From Camelus ferus (taxonomy: Eukaryota): a stretch of 64,000 nt of DNA. Positions 25,243 to 38,339 of this stretch are shown one piece after another. The notes beneath the pieces are model-generated. The model was given only the letters and a program-made list of their open reading frames with translations, did no database searches and was not told where the DNA came from. The position numbers and the translations under genes are program-made. Position 1 is the stretch's first letter. Each line of letters begins with the position of its first letter. Where the stretch lies: the NCBI RefSeq assembly GCF_009834535.1, contig NC_045697.1, positions 100,504,001-100,568,000 of the forward strand. The letters run 5' to 3'.

Positions 25243-26823
25243 GTCTCTCTGTGTTCTGTGATCTTTAAACAAAACTTAAATAAATGAAAACATGTTGACC
25301 CTAAGGGACATAAACGAAAGTCTGTGCTCTTCATGGCTTGTTGATGCTGAAAGTGGAATTTAAGTCAAGAAAAAAAAGAATTTTTTTTTTTGGCTTGGAC
25401 CTTCTCTCCTCATTTCCCATAGCAAATCCAGCCAACATTCCTTGGGACGAGCTCAGTGATGAGACAGTTGGAAGGCAGAAACCTTAGGAATTGATCCAAT
25501 TAAAAGTGAAAGGAGAAGAACTGGCTGGTTGCCTTCTTACCCCATCTGACCCACCGTGGAAGCATCGAGATCTACACCCCTCGGTCGCTGCGCCAGCTAA
25601 CGTTCACCACCCATTTGGTAGTTAGGACAGACTTGCACAGATCCCGTTTTGATAAACTTGAATAGCATAGCTGATTTAGGGAAGGTAGCACTTTTAGCAG
25701 ATTGGGGGGAAATTTTTCCAGAGTAGCACAGTAATGATCTAACATATATGAGGTTATATTTTTCCTGTCCCTTCTCTCCTCCGAGTCGTGACCGCTAGTA
25801 ACATCTATACACACGTGGATCCAGACCACATGCCTTAGATCTCCAGAGCATGAATTGGTCTCCCACAGAGCCTCAGATTTAGCAAAGCATCCGTTTCCGT
25901 CTTCTTCACTATTGGGTCCACATTCAAAGCACATAGTATCCTTTAGCTTTGTTCAAGAAGAGGCTTCCCATGTTATATTGACTATATGCAGTGCTGTGGA
26001 GTTACAGAGATTAGGCACTAAGAGACTTGGATTCTGGTCTGTTACCTTTGGAATGAAACTTAAAATTCATTTAGGCCACCACCCTCATTTTACAGCAGGT
26101 GGAAGGAAGGCATGAGAGGAGACTGGCTTACCCAAGGGCAGAAGGAAACTAGGGGGAGACTCTCCTGGCCTCCCTCCGATCCTGCTCACCCTGCCAAGAA
26201 GCGTCCCTCCCCCCCACTTCTTGGCAGCTCCACCTGTCATAGAACCAAACCTCAGCTCCCATCTGTGAGACAGAAATGACAGGCATTTTGCAGCATCGTC
26301 ATAAGTAGAAAATAGTTCTGAATGTCCCCTGAGAAGAATATCACCTCCTGTATTTCTTTTATTCATTTCTCATCATGCAGAAGGGTTCAACCTCGTTCAC
26401 TGCAGCCAAAGCAGAGAGCCCGTCTCAGAGCAGGCCTTTAGGTCTTCTCACATTTTCATGTTGTGAATGATTTTGACTAATGAATCTGATTGATTAGAAT
26501 AGAATTGAGTTTATTTTGCATTTTTGGTAATGAATTGTCATATTTAGCAGGTCTTTCCCCTAATTAAAAACTATATATTTTTAAGTGTAGTCTGAGTATG
26601 ACGGAAATATCTTAGTACATTAACATGGTTCTGGCAGCTTCTCTAATGTGATCAGTCTGATCTTTGGCAGCATAAGAGCCATGGTAGGTTGGAGCAGTGG
26701 TCTGTAGCTGCAAGTGCTGGATGTTTATCCTGGCTGCTATAGTGTGACCTTGGCCACATTGTTTAAGTGCTTTCATATTCCATTCCTTTCATGTAAAATG
26801 CAGGCAGAGATGGTTGATTTCTA

Positions 26824-26963
26824 GGGGAGGGTATAGCTGAGTGGTAGAGTGCGCATCTAGTATGCACAAGGTCCTGGGTTCAATCCCCAGTACCTCCATC
26901 AAAATAAATAAATACCTTATTACTTCCCCCAAAACAAACAAACAAAAACAAAAGACAAACAAA
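26824..26963 (+). mobile_element. tRNA-derived camelid SINE (Vic-1-like) with 18-bp TSD
   Basis: A/B-box head and (CAAA) tail; TSD agagatgg(t/a)tgatttcta at 26806-26823 and 26964-26981. Confidence 0.93.
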
Positions 26964-27355
26964 AGAGATGGATGATTTCTAAATTCCCTAAATTCCTTTC
27001 TAATTCTAAGATACAGACAAATCTTAGCTATGGTAATCATAAAACCATTGTTAGTGGAGTAGAGTGGCATTTTCTGTGAAAATAGATCGTCTAATACATT
27101 TTTTGAATTAAAGGTACTAAAAATTGAAGCAAAAGAGTGGAACGCCTTAAATTAGTGGCAGTGGGCCTTCTATAACAATAAAATGTGCTTGCTGGAAATT
27201 TACAGTAGCTGTAGAATGAAAACAACTATTAAATCAAAATTGACTTCGTACATTCAGAGACACAAGAATAAAACCTATTAACAGCTCAACGTAATTTAAT
27301 TGAACACTGTGAGTAATAGAAGAGAGGTCCAAGGGTGAAGGCTGAGAACACTTAC

Positions 27356-27521
27356 GGATGACTCTGAATTGCAATATTTGACTTTCTGTGAGAATGAAGA
27401 GCTGAGTTCCAGCTGTGTGTGTGCTGAGTTGATTAAAGGAGCTAAATTTACATGGGCACGGAGGTGTAAATGTGTTATCATGGTTTTCTCTCCCAGTATA
27501 TTCAAGACAGCCTGACACTGT
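27356..27521 (-). pseudogene. Exon remnant, last GAIN-A helices and first GAIN-B strands
   Basis: tctag acceptor, cc|gtaagt donor. QCQAVLNILGEKTMITHLHLRAHVNLAPLINSAH, then after a frameshift GTQLFILTESQILQFRVI. Confidence 0.45.
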
Positions 27522-28480
27522 CTAGACAAGTACAGAATAACCTCCTATCCGACACCTGGCTCGCAGGGGCCCCTCGCAGCTCTGACTGTGAGCCCCCCGC
27601 CTGGGCACCTCTGTCTGGCTCTGTGTTACCAAGTGCATGGAGGCATGAGGGAGACCAGAAAGCCCAGGTGGTGTCACGTAGACTTGAGGTTTGAGATTCT
27701 GACTGGCTACTTGAGTGAGTCACTTAACCTGTCTGAGCCTGTTTCTTCACCTTCAGAATGAGCTTAATAAGTAGTAACTGTTTCACTGTCCTGACTTACT
27801 TTCTGACTTAATCTTTGCTGGGGTTTACATTCCAATTTGAATTTCTAGTCTAGTGTACTGTAGGTTTTGTGCTTCTGGATTTTGTTTGTGGAATAGGTAG
27901 CCTTGCCTAAACAATGTCTCTATTCTGTTACTGTAGCTCTCCACTCAGTTCCGTTTCTTATTTCTCAACACCTAAGTGTGTCCCCACACACACATCATGA
28001 CCAGGCAAGACAGAACAAGCCTTCAAACGAATAACAGGTATTTCTAAGTTAAAGCATGAGTGGCATAAAATCAATGATTTGTTTACTAACTAATAAAATC
28101 CAAGTGTTCAGATCAGTTGATTATTAAATATAACCACGTTTGCCTAATATAACTCTTAATATTGGAACCACCTCCCTCTCCTTCTTTCTGAAAAGAACAC
28201 ATACCTCTTAATATTTTCTCTGTTATTCAGATAGGCAAATACTTGGTCACATTCACGAGTCACTAAATATTCAGCTTAGCTGCTTTTTCATTCCTCTGTG
28301 TTGTTTCCTTTTGCCCTTTGTGGGAGTGGCAGGGAAATCGTCCTGTAATGGGACACTGCTCACATGTTTGGTGCTTTTCCTTCTTATGGGATGACAGAAG
28401 AGTAAATACCTTATGCTTAGAATTCTTCAACAAGGTGACCCAAACCCACTGACTATTTTTCTGAAAGATAGACTGTTTAC

Positions 28481-28554
28481 CTGGATGTAAAATGAGCAGA
28501 TCTGCTAATTCTTTGGCTGATGGTCTTCTTGTTTAGGAAACCCACATGCTTGCT
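28481..28554 (-). pseudogene. 74-bp exon-like segment with intact splice sites
   Basis: ttaacttcttttcag acceptor and cag|gtaaac donor; SKHVGFLNKKTISQRISRSAHFTS. No diagnostic motif. Confidence 0.3.
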
Positions 28555-29449
28555 CTGAAAAGAAGTTAAAAAGCAATTTTCACTTCTGTATGCCAAATAA
28601 AATAAAACGAGATGACAATTGGGTTTCACCGTGAACCCACAATCTCTGCCTGAGGGAGAGTGACAAAAGCTGAAGAGAAGGTGCTTATATTTGCTGGAGC
28701 CAGTCATCCTACAGACTCTGGACTATAAGATGAGGGCAAGCCCTTTCTCACTAACGGAGCAAAATCGGCTCAGGGCCCACAATCTCCAGACACCCAAAGG
28801 TTCCCTTGTTCGGAAGAGGGTTGGAGAGGACAGTGAGGACTATGGAAGCTGGTGAGACCCTTTGACTGGCTTGGGTGTCTTGATGTCCAGAAATGCCAGT
28901 TACCACAGAAAAGAATATGAGCATGGTCCTGCTCAAAGATGGAGGGAGCCCCGGTTCACACTCAACATTGTTGGACTAAAATCCTGGGACCTGCCTTTTC
29001 ATGTTTGACAGCAAACACTTTGTTTTTAAATTTGTGCTCACCACTGCACCTAAAATAGTCTCCTCTCACACAGCAGGAGCTCACCTACCTATTAAAAAAT
29101 ATATATTTTAAAAAAATCCTTCTACCTGGACTATATTCAAGTATTTTGAAAAGAAACACAGACTGGCAAGAAAACGAATTTTTATGACAACTCTCTTTTG
29201 CCCTTTCTCCTCCCTCCTTGATTTTGACACATATACCGCTTGAATATCTTGCTTGCCATGATGGATAATCATTTTAAGTTACCTCTTAAAACCTGGAGTT
29301 AAAAAATATGATCACCAAACACCTGTTAACATCTCCCTAAAATTTCACTCTCCATTGACCTAAAGGAGCAATATATTTCTGCCCAAATAATTTGCTATGG
29401 ATTCACGGTAGTAACTGAGTGGTTTCCATTCTCAGCTGGACAATTGTTT

Positions 29450-29680
29450 CTTCAGGGTGGAGCCTCCCTGGTGGGGTTCGTGCCTTTATAAAAGAGACCT
29501 CAGGGAGCTCCCTTGCCCCTTCCGCCAGGTAAGGACACAGCAAGAATTCAGCCGTCCTAGCTGTGCTGGCACCCTGATCTTTGATTTCCAGGCTTCAGGA
29601 CTGTGAGAAATAAGTTTCTGGTGTTTATAAGCTACCCAATCTGTGGTATTTTGTCATAACATCCCAGAAGGACTTAGGCC
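29450..29680 (+). mobile_element. MLT1A-like MaLR LTR fragment
   Basis: gcctttataaaagagacc...gctggcaccctgatctttgatttccagg...ctgtgagaaataagtttctggtgtttataagctaccc. Confidence 0.85.
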
Positions 29681-31396
29681 ACTTCTTTCTTAGTTAGGCG
29701 CACATTTCCATGAGCTCTGCAATTTTCTATTCTCCGTAACCCCCCACACCCAAGATACAGGACGTTCCATCACGCTACAAAGTTCCTTTACACTCACCTC
29801 AGCCCTCCTCAGGCCTTGACCACAGGCAGCACTGGTTTGCTTACTCTCACTCATATAGGTTATGCTTCTTGTCTGGAGTTTTATTTGACTTCGCATCAAT
29901 TTTAAAATTCAAAGGCTATTTGGGGCAGTGGGCATGTTCTAAAACAAGGTTGCAGTAATGGTTGCAAAAATGATTGAGCTCTGTCCTTACAATGGATGAA
30001 TCTTCTAATTTGCAAGTTATACCTAATAAAGCTAGGAACATTGTCATAAAATTTAATGACTATATTTCCTTTTTAGAAATTTTATTTGGTTCTGTTTTAT
30101 ATCTTCTATACTTACCTATTCTTTCATGATAGTTTCTCTTCCTTTCTTTAAACTCTTTAAGCTTTTTTAATAGAGTCTCTTGATGGTTCCTTTCCAATTA
30201 TTTTTTCTGTCCTGTTTCTTAGAGTGAAAATTTAGTCGATGGCTGACCTGTATGTAGACTCTCCATTCTTGTGGTGTGCTTCATTTTTCATTGCCAGTTC
30301 TTCTTCAAAAGTTGTTTTAACTGTGCAGGTTACAAAAGTGTCCTACAGGGAGATTCTGATGTTTCTGGATCAGATTTTGTTGTTGTTGTTGTTGTGAATT
30401 CTCACCCACAGAGGTGATATATGTCCAGATGTCTCAGGACTGACCCTTTGTCCTTCCTTCATTGCTGCATAGGAACAGCAAATACTCTTATTGCTTTCCC
30501 ATCCAGTGTATACAGCTTTTTCACTTCCTTTTCAAAAGACAGGGCAGCCCTTTGAAGCCCTTCCTGCCTGAAACTCTTGTCTCCATGGTCTGCTTGGGTA
30601 TTAAAAACCCAAACTCCAAACCCAGAGCCAATGTGGGTCTGAACACCGAAACTCCCAATGCAGTATTAATTTCTACACCCCATTAGATATTTGCTTTCAG
30701 TCTTCTTTATGGTGTTTTGGGATTTTTCCCCTCCTTATCTTTTGAGCTCAGCTTTGTATTAAAAATATTTTTGATTAACTTTATCCATCAATTCTATTTA
30801 TTTCTAATGTATGAGGGACTTGAGTGCATTAGCTTAGTTCACCATGTTGCTGAAATTCCTTACTCTTCAAATTGGATAATCTCTTTTCAATTCTTGTTTC
30901 ACTGATTCCTTGATACATTCAACGTGACAATTTCTAATTTCAGTAACTTCTTATACTTTGGCTTCTGTGACATTATCATTCATCTTTCCTCCTACTTAAG
31001 AAAAACTGTTGGAAAATCATGAACTTCACCATCAGTTAAACCAAAATTCAAATACTGAATCTTCCACTCACATACTGTGTGATCTTTAAGTTAATAATTG
31101 AACTATTTTCCCTCTCTGTAATCTTTTATGACTTGAACTACAATTTAAATCTGAGAATATATAACTCATAGTGATGTTTATTAGCACTACAAAAGAATTC
31201 TTGGCAGCAGTGAGCAGTAGTGATGGGTCATTTTTTCGTGCTTTTTTTCTTTTAACTTCACCTTGAAACGAGTTATTCCTTTTTTTAAGGTATAATTGAC
31301 TTTCAACATTATATTAGTTTCAGGTGCACAACATAATGGTTTGACATACATTGTGAAATGATCAGCACAGTCAGTCTAAAAAGGAAAATCTCTGCA

Positions 31397-32293
31397 CAGG
31401 GCCAGCTACATGATTTGCAAGGGCCCAGTGTGAAATGAAAATGCATGGTCCTCATTCAAAAGCCAGGAAAATAATGCCACTAAATGCATTAAATGTAGAG
31501 CTTTTTCCTTTCTTCCTGGGCCTCTCTCAGTGTGTCATGGTGTATTATTTGCTGTCCACTGTTGAACTCTTGGTGTGGGGTTACTCACTGGGTACAGATG
31601 CTCACAGGCACCCCATGGTTTGGCGAGCACACCACCATCTGCAGGGCTCCTCCTCCCCACAGCCATCCCTGCACAGCATCATGTCCCAGTTGGAGGCAAG
31701 GAAGTAAATCTTCCCTTCCCATGACCTGCCACCCAACTCACTGTGGCTGGAGATGGCTTAAAAAAAGAACTTTAATATCTGGTTAAGTCCATTATCAGGA
31801 CGGAGAGGACAGCAAACACCTTTGCCTAGTGACCCACTGAACGAACATCCAGAGGCGCGTGCTCGCCTATAGCCACTGCCAAGTCTGCCCTGAGACGCTG
31901 CAGGGCGCCTGCCCCACTGGACCTCCCCACATCCTCATTCAGGCCCCCAGAGGAGGCAGAGCACACAGCAATTGCTGGGTCGAGAAAGGAAGTAAGAAAA
32001 ATGGGAAGACAGGGTGTGGGGCAGGGACGGGCTGTGGAGAACCTATCCGGGGAAGGCAGGAAGGGGTGGGAATCAGGGCTGCCTCTGAGCAGGACTACTT
32101 GTGAGCTGAGACTCCAAGCCCTCAGTACCTGCTCCACTGTTTATTGACTGCACTTACAACATGCAAATTCAAAGATAAAATTACTAGGAATTTTAAGGTA
32201 GTGACCAAAGAGCATTGAATCCCAAGCACAGGGCCCTTCTGAGCTTGAGCCTCCTGGGACCACACTGGTCCCACCTGCATGAAGCCCACCTTG
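31397..32293 (-). mobile_element. MER45B/C-like hAT-Tip100 DNA transposon, near full length
   Basis: Imperfect terminal inverted repeats cagggccagctacatg / catgaagcccaccttg; MER45-like subterminal sequence; degenerate 8-bp TSD tctctgca/tctgtgaa. Confidence 0.75.
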
Positions 32294-33695
32294 TCTGTGA
32301 ACAAATGGTTTTTCTCTTAATCTGGCCAGTGAGAGCTCAGCAGAATTGTAATGTAGAGCACGTCTCTCAAGCCATGTTCACCAATGGAACAGTGGATCTC
32401 TAACTCAAAAGTAAACCCCACGTGTAAACCCCTTAGGCCCGCTCTGCTTCATCAGACAGAGGCAGGAGAACCCAGCTGCAGATTTTCCCGCTCGCCCCCT
32501 CCTGCTTCCTCTGATGCTACCTGTGGACCAGGAAGCACCAAGTACTCCATGCAACACAGTTTGAAAATTTAAAAAAAAAAGTTTATTTATATTCAGCAGT
32601 CTAGAAAAACTTTGGCATCTCAAGTTTAATTTGCTTTCATTTTCTATAAAGATTCAGAAGGTAGGCAGCCTGTATTTAATAAGATAAATAATTATTTTAA
32701 ATAATTCAAAAAGAAAATAATCCATTTGGCTCTCTAACTATCACAGCCAGGAAAAATAATAAGTTTTGTGTAATTGTTTTAAAATCAGGAATTTAACATA
32801 TGTTCCCTTATTTCCCTATGACACACCCATCCCCTATTTCTGTTTACTATTCTTTTGTTCTTTTTATCCGATATTATAGACCCTGATTATGAATTTTCAA
32901 CATCAAGTTTTAACTGTACGAATATTTTTGAATTTTCACTTTAAATTTAAGAATTTTCTGAAGACACTTTAAAAAATTCTTTGCATACTTGTAATCAGTT
33001 TCATTGCTCAATACTCACCAATTCGTAAGTTCTTCCTCATTTTAGAGACCTGGATCATGATTAAACTCCTAATTGGATGAAGTACATCCATGAGGTTTTG
33101 TTTTGTTTCTTTCATTCATGAGAGGTGCATGAGTATTATATTTTTTGGAGGTTTTGCACATATAAAATATTTTTTGTTACTATCACCCATGAATGAAATC
33201 TTGGCCTGATTTTGAATTCTGTGTTCCCAATCTTGTAATCTCAGATCTCTATAGACATTATTCTCTTCTTTACTGGAATTTAATAGTCAAAAGAGCATAC
33301 TACTCTTTATACTTGTAATTTAAAATAATTTATTTATTAATTTTTCCTGGAACACAACGGACTCTGGTCTTTCCTATCTAGAGAAGCTTCTATTATGTCT
33401 TCAGTTATTGTTTCTCTCCTACTTGGTTTGTTTTCTTTTATAGAACATCTTTTTATCAACATATTGGATCTCTTCTCTCTGTTTCTCACATGTTATCATA
33501 TTTATCATTTCCATGATTTCTTCCCCTTCTTTGGGGGAAGTTTTGAAGTTTTTTGCTAACATCACTGATTTGACTTGTTTGGCATCAATTCTGTTCTAAT
33601 GACTCCAGTGAGGATTTTAACCCCATTATTCTGTTTCTTAATTTCTTCAAGGTGTTGTTTTGCTTATATGTTTGTTCTTATCTCACCCTGTTCTT

Positions 33696-33826
33696 TTTTT
33701 GGGGGGGTGTGTTTGGGGGTATTTATTTATTTATTTACTTATCTAATGGAGGTGCTGGGGACTGAACCCAGGACCTCGTGCATGCTGAGCACGTGCTCTA
33801 CCACTGAGCTATATCTGCCTTTCACC
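33696..33826 (-). mobile_element. tRNA-derived camelid SINE (Vic-1-like) with 16-bp TSD
   Basis: Reverse-complement SINE head; TSD atctcaccctgttctt at 33680-33695 and 33827-33842. Confidence 0.92.
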
Positions 33827-34379
33827 ATCTCACCCTGTTCTTAGCTTACTCTTTGCAGCTTTTTCATTCTAGTATGTAGTGAGTTCTGTCTAGGCCGCAG
33901 GTTTGCAGACACATCACTGGCATAGGTTTCCCATGGCCATCCTCGCATTGCTCATGTTTTGGTAAAAACCATCATCTCAACGGTGCACAACCCCAGCTCA
34001 ATTTCTGATACTTCAGAAACATTCACGTGGAACTGAAATGGAACATTCTGCTCTTACTTCTCAGTGTCTTTGCTATAAGGGAGATAACGTATATCCTAAG
34101 GTAGAGTCCATGAAAAATTGTGTTTTTCCAGCATGCACCATGCCCAAGACCCTCCCTGTCTCTGCTTCAATTTATATAGCTTTACCTGAAAGGCCCTCTC
34201 CCTAGAATACGAATGACACTCTCCATTGCCCCCTGCCCCTGGCCGTGTTATACAAGAGGCACTGTGTTGGACGAGGGCTGTTGAGAAGAGAGGGACAAGA
34301 TCTCAGCTGTCTCAGAAGACAGGAGAGGGTGGCTGCTCAGCTTTCAGATTAATGTAATATCTGTCGCTTTAAAAGCAAC

Positions 34380-34488
34380 CAGTAAAAATGAGTCAAAGTC
34401 TCTTTTTCCCTTTTCATTTCCGGCTTGTCAGTCTAGTTCAGGAAATAGATTGCATGCAGGTCACCAATAATGCTTCTTCATCCAATTG
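34380..34488 (-). pseudogene. Exon remnant, GAIN-A 'GDL' helix
   Basis: Acceptor tctattttaattttgcag; IG*RSIIGDLHAIYFLN resembles the GAIN-A 'GDL...v..L' motif. 3' end uncertain. Confidence 0.35.
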
Positions 34489-36186
34489 CTGCAAAATTAA
34501 AATAGATGAAAATATCCATCAACACCTGTCCTATACATTTGATTCCTGTACTTATTTTTTAAGCTCTTGTTCATTATTGCCTTTCGTTATAATTCTGCCT
34601 GTAATTTATTTGCAAGTTGGTAGATAACCTATTGTGATCTCAACCCAGAGGCCAGGGTCTTCTAAATGCAGGAGTAATTAATAGGTGAATGACTGTCACA
34701 GTTACTTTATTACTTACATGGAAATGATTAACAAAATCAAGTTGAAGCAGTGTTATTGGATGCAAAGGACACCAGTGTCAGAAAATTGAGGGTCAAGTGT
34801 TTACCCCCATTTGTTAATTGTGAGACCTTAAATAAGCCCCTTAACCTTTTTTGAATCTGTTTCTTTTTCCATAAAGTAGCAATAATCATGCTTGTTCTAA
34901 GGAGCTCACAGGGCGATTGCGAGGAACAAACGGGTTGACACGTGTAAGGGCCCCCTGTAGTCATCACTGCCGTAGACCCAGTTATTGCTCACTCCCATGC
35001 CTTTGGCCTCGTCAGGGCACATTGAAATAGCTGAGCTAACAGCTAACGAGTGATTCATTAATATTAATTTTTGAGCTTTAGTCATTACTGAATATAGGTT
35101 TTGGACATAAAAAGTAAATGGTAACTGTGAATGTTCTAGGCTCTGTCATTAAAGAAAAAGGAAAAACAGATATCTTTTTTTTTCCCAAGTTGTCAAATTT
35201 ACATGAATTTTACCTACCACTTCCTAGGGTTCTATAAATAGAGAATTTCTTTCATATTTTTCTCTTTTATCTATAAAAACATGTGAATTTTCAGACTTTA
35301 CCTATACCTCCTCTTGGTGGCATAAAGAATAGACCGAGTGAGACCAGAGTCACAGATAAACTTTTGCTGTTACTATATTACATTAAAACAAAAGAGTAGA
35401 CAATTAACATTGGAGAATATTGTGTAGAAAAGGAAGCAATGAAAAATTGGTCTTTAATTATCTTTAAGGCTAATTGAAGGCAGGGACTTCTAAATAGAGT
35501 TCTAATTTATAGGCTAATAAAAGCCACAGGCATCTCATTATTAACATGAAAATTAGCAAACATATAAGAGACTAGTTTGGGACATGGCAATTCTAAGCAC
35601 ATGAAAATAAAGCGCATATCAATTACATATTTTATTTTTAATCAGTGTGTAACAGAGTGCCCTGAGAGGAGAGCATAATACGAACTTCAAGGCTTTTGGC
35701 CCCAGATGCAAGTGCTAATGAATGAAATGCCCAGCCTTCACGGCACAGCAAACATTTTTAAAAGCAAGGTCCTTGGATGGAATAGGACAAAACCTTCCCT
35801 TTTTTCCTCTAACCATAGCTACTGAAAGAAGTCTGTAAACTTGTCTTCATTTTCTATATACTATGACTTCTCTCTCATTTTGCAGGTAGGAAAACTAAGC
35901 TACAGAGAAATAAAGGACATCAGTGTCCTTACCATTTTGCATTTTGTGTTATATTTTCATTCTTTTCTTCTTAAAAACTAATTATGCCTAGAGTTAAAGA
36001 TGGTCTTACCCATCATAGACTAACACAGCCTTGGGTACAGTCACTCAGTGTGCACCGCGGCAGAGCTACGTCCCTCTAAAACGTGTTGCTGACACGTGCG
36101 AGGAAGGAGAGGGCTAGCAGCAGGTCTGTGATCCTTCCTCTAAACTTTGGGATTCCTGGAAACATTAACTTAGGAAATTCACAGGA

Positions 36187-37027
36187 GGATGTTGCAAGTT
36201 CTGGAGGTTCCTCAAGACTACTCTCACGTGTAAGGATCTGCTAGAAGGAATCACAGAACTCAGAAAGGCTGTTAGACTCAAGGCTGCAGTTACTTATAGC
36301 AAAATCAGCAAAGGGAAGGGGTACAGAGGGCGGGTTCCTGGACCCACTGTTCCAAGCATGAGCTTCTAGGTGTCTCCCCTGGTGGAGTCTTGTGGACAGT
36401 GGTTAGTTCTCCCAGCAACAGTGTATGCCAACCAGGGAAGCTCCTCAAGCCTCCAGGGTTTTTTTTTTTTTTTTTCAGCTTTATTGAGGTGTAATTGATA
36501 AATAAAATTGTAAGATATTTAAAGTGCACATTGTTATTACACACACACACACACACACATATTGTGAAACGATTCTTCCCTTCTAGTTAACACATCCATC
36601 ACCTCACATATTTATCTTTTTTTTGATAAGAACATTTAAGTTCTAATTCCTTAGAAAATTTCAGCTATATGGCTAGTAAAAGGGTGCAAACTTTTAACTA
36701 TAAGATGAATAAGGTTTGAGGATCTAATGTATAGCATGGTGACTGTAGTTGATAGCACTGTATTATAGAATTGAAATTTGCTAAGTGGTTTAGAAATTCT
36801 TATCACAGACTGACCTCATAGACATTACTGTCTGTCCGTGGCTAACCTCAGTCTCCAGCCCCTTCAAAGTTCAAGCTGATACCATGTGGCCTAAGGTCCC
36901 CACGATAAATCAAACTGTTAGCATGGACTATAACAATGGCCTAAAGCTTCCAGTTAAACGGGTAGAACATCCCAAGGGCTTATAGGTTACCTACTAGGAT
37001 CTGGGGACAAAGGGCAAGGTTAATCTT

Positions 37028-37028
<1 letters not shown>
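36187..37028. mobile_element. MER21-like LTR interrupted by an L1 fragment
   Basis: ggttcctcaagactac...ctagaaggaatcacagaactcagaaaggctgtta...gggcaaggttaatc. Confidence 0.7.
36459..36785 (-). mobile_element. Short L1 3' UTR with 5' inversion, nested in MER21
   Basis: Poly(T) plus minus-strand 3' UTR to ~36670, then a plus-strand upstream 3'-UTR piece to ~36785. Confidence 0.7.
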
Positions 37029-37029
<1 letters not shown>

Positions 37030-37067
<38 letters not shown>

Positions 37068-37071
37068 TAGA
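37030..37071 (+). repeat. (GATA)/(GACA)n microsatellite
   Basis: Direct reading. Confidence 0.95.
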
Positions 37072-37616
37072 TATTATTTACACTATCTTCAGTATATTAA
37101 GACCAGTTGCACTATATCCAAGAAGAATCAGAATTGGTTGAAGTTGCTATGTAACTCATTGTACTTGAGACTGTGCATCAGGTAATTATAGCTGCTGCTA
37201 GTGGGATACATTTGTACTGGAGTCAGATAGAAAAGCTCAAGAGATCCCAGAGCTGATGGTTTCTCCAGTCTTCAGTGGTCTGTGTCTAATCAGTCTATTC
37301 TCTTGTAACCACAGCCCCACCCCACCCCCAAAATGTGGAGAGTATTGGGGTATTTGGAAACTATTTCTAGTTGGAGAAATGAGACCTCCCCTATGCTGTG
37401 GCTAGCCAAGCTGTGGGTTTTCTATCCCATATGCTTTCTTCTAGCTAAGTGAACTTGGTACTATGGAAAACCTATTGTATCCCATGAATTTTATAACCAG
37501 TCCAAACCCAAGACACCTCCTGGTGGTTGAGCAGAGTGACTTTTGAATTATAAAACTAATATTGTTTGTGATGTCTCCAATATGATTGCCCTCTTTAATT
37601 TTTTCCAGTTAATTAC

Positions 37617-37836
37617 TTTAGCACCCACCAAACATTTTTAGCAGTAAATGCATTACTGCTCTTTTGGGATCTTCCTCACTGTTATTCCCATCTCTGACCT
37701 TGAACTGCTCAAGAAATCTGGAGGCACACTCAGGCAGTTTCACTGTGGTCCATACTAATCCATTATAAATTTGGAGAAAAGATTTAGATCTATGACATCT
37801 CCTTGTGAGATTCTTGGGCTTTTTATACAAACTGGT
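37617..37836 (-). pseudogene. Exon remnant, HormR C-terminal half into GAIN-A
   Basis: Strong acceptor ctctctcttctctcctcattacag; open frame TSLYKKPKNLTRRCHRSKSFLQIYNGLVWTTVKLPECASRFLEQFKVRDG fits HormR 'TRxC...NG.W....l..C.S'; aaa|gtaatt donor. Confidence 0.55.
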
Positions 37837-38339
37837 CTGTAATGAGGAGAGAAGAGAGAGCATTGCTAAGGTACAAGGTGTTGGGAAGAAAATAAAAACT
37901 AATGGGTTAATAGAGCCTGTGTGTGTAGAGGATACACATGCAGTGTGTGTCCACCATTGTTCCTTGATGCCCTATTCACAGTGTTTCTGATCCCCAGTGA
38001 CCACAGAGTGCTGGTGGAACTACTATGCTTGGGAGTTCAGTGAGATTTCTCTTGGAAACAAAACATGCTAGAAAGAAGGCAGTAGTATTCTGTAAAGCAC
38101 AAACAACCAAGGAAGCCTGTCATTTCCTTTCTTACTAAAGTTACTTCCCTGTATTAGCCAACCACTTATGCTGAAAATGATGACATAGAAAGGAAAGGAA
38201 AGATAAGGCAATTCATATTTCTCTGCTTTTTAGTTCTATCTTACTTATCAGTAAACTGAAGATAGAAAGTGTTAGTAGAATGGGTGTGTATCAAGAAGCA
38301 AAAAAAAAAAAAACAGCCTGTAACAGAAACAAACAAATT

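Noticed and set aside
31435..32304. Cluster of overlapping GC-rich ORFs
   Set aside because: Internal sequence of the non-autonomous MER45-like element.
37750..37836. Sushi/CCP reading (PVCIKSPRISQGD) in an alternative frame
   Set aside because: That frame stops early and lacks the internal Tyr/Cys; the open HormR-like frame fits the context better.
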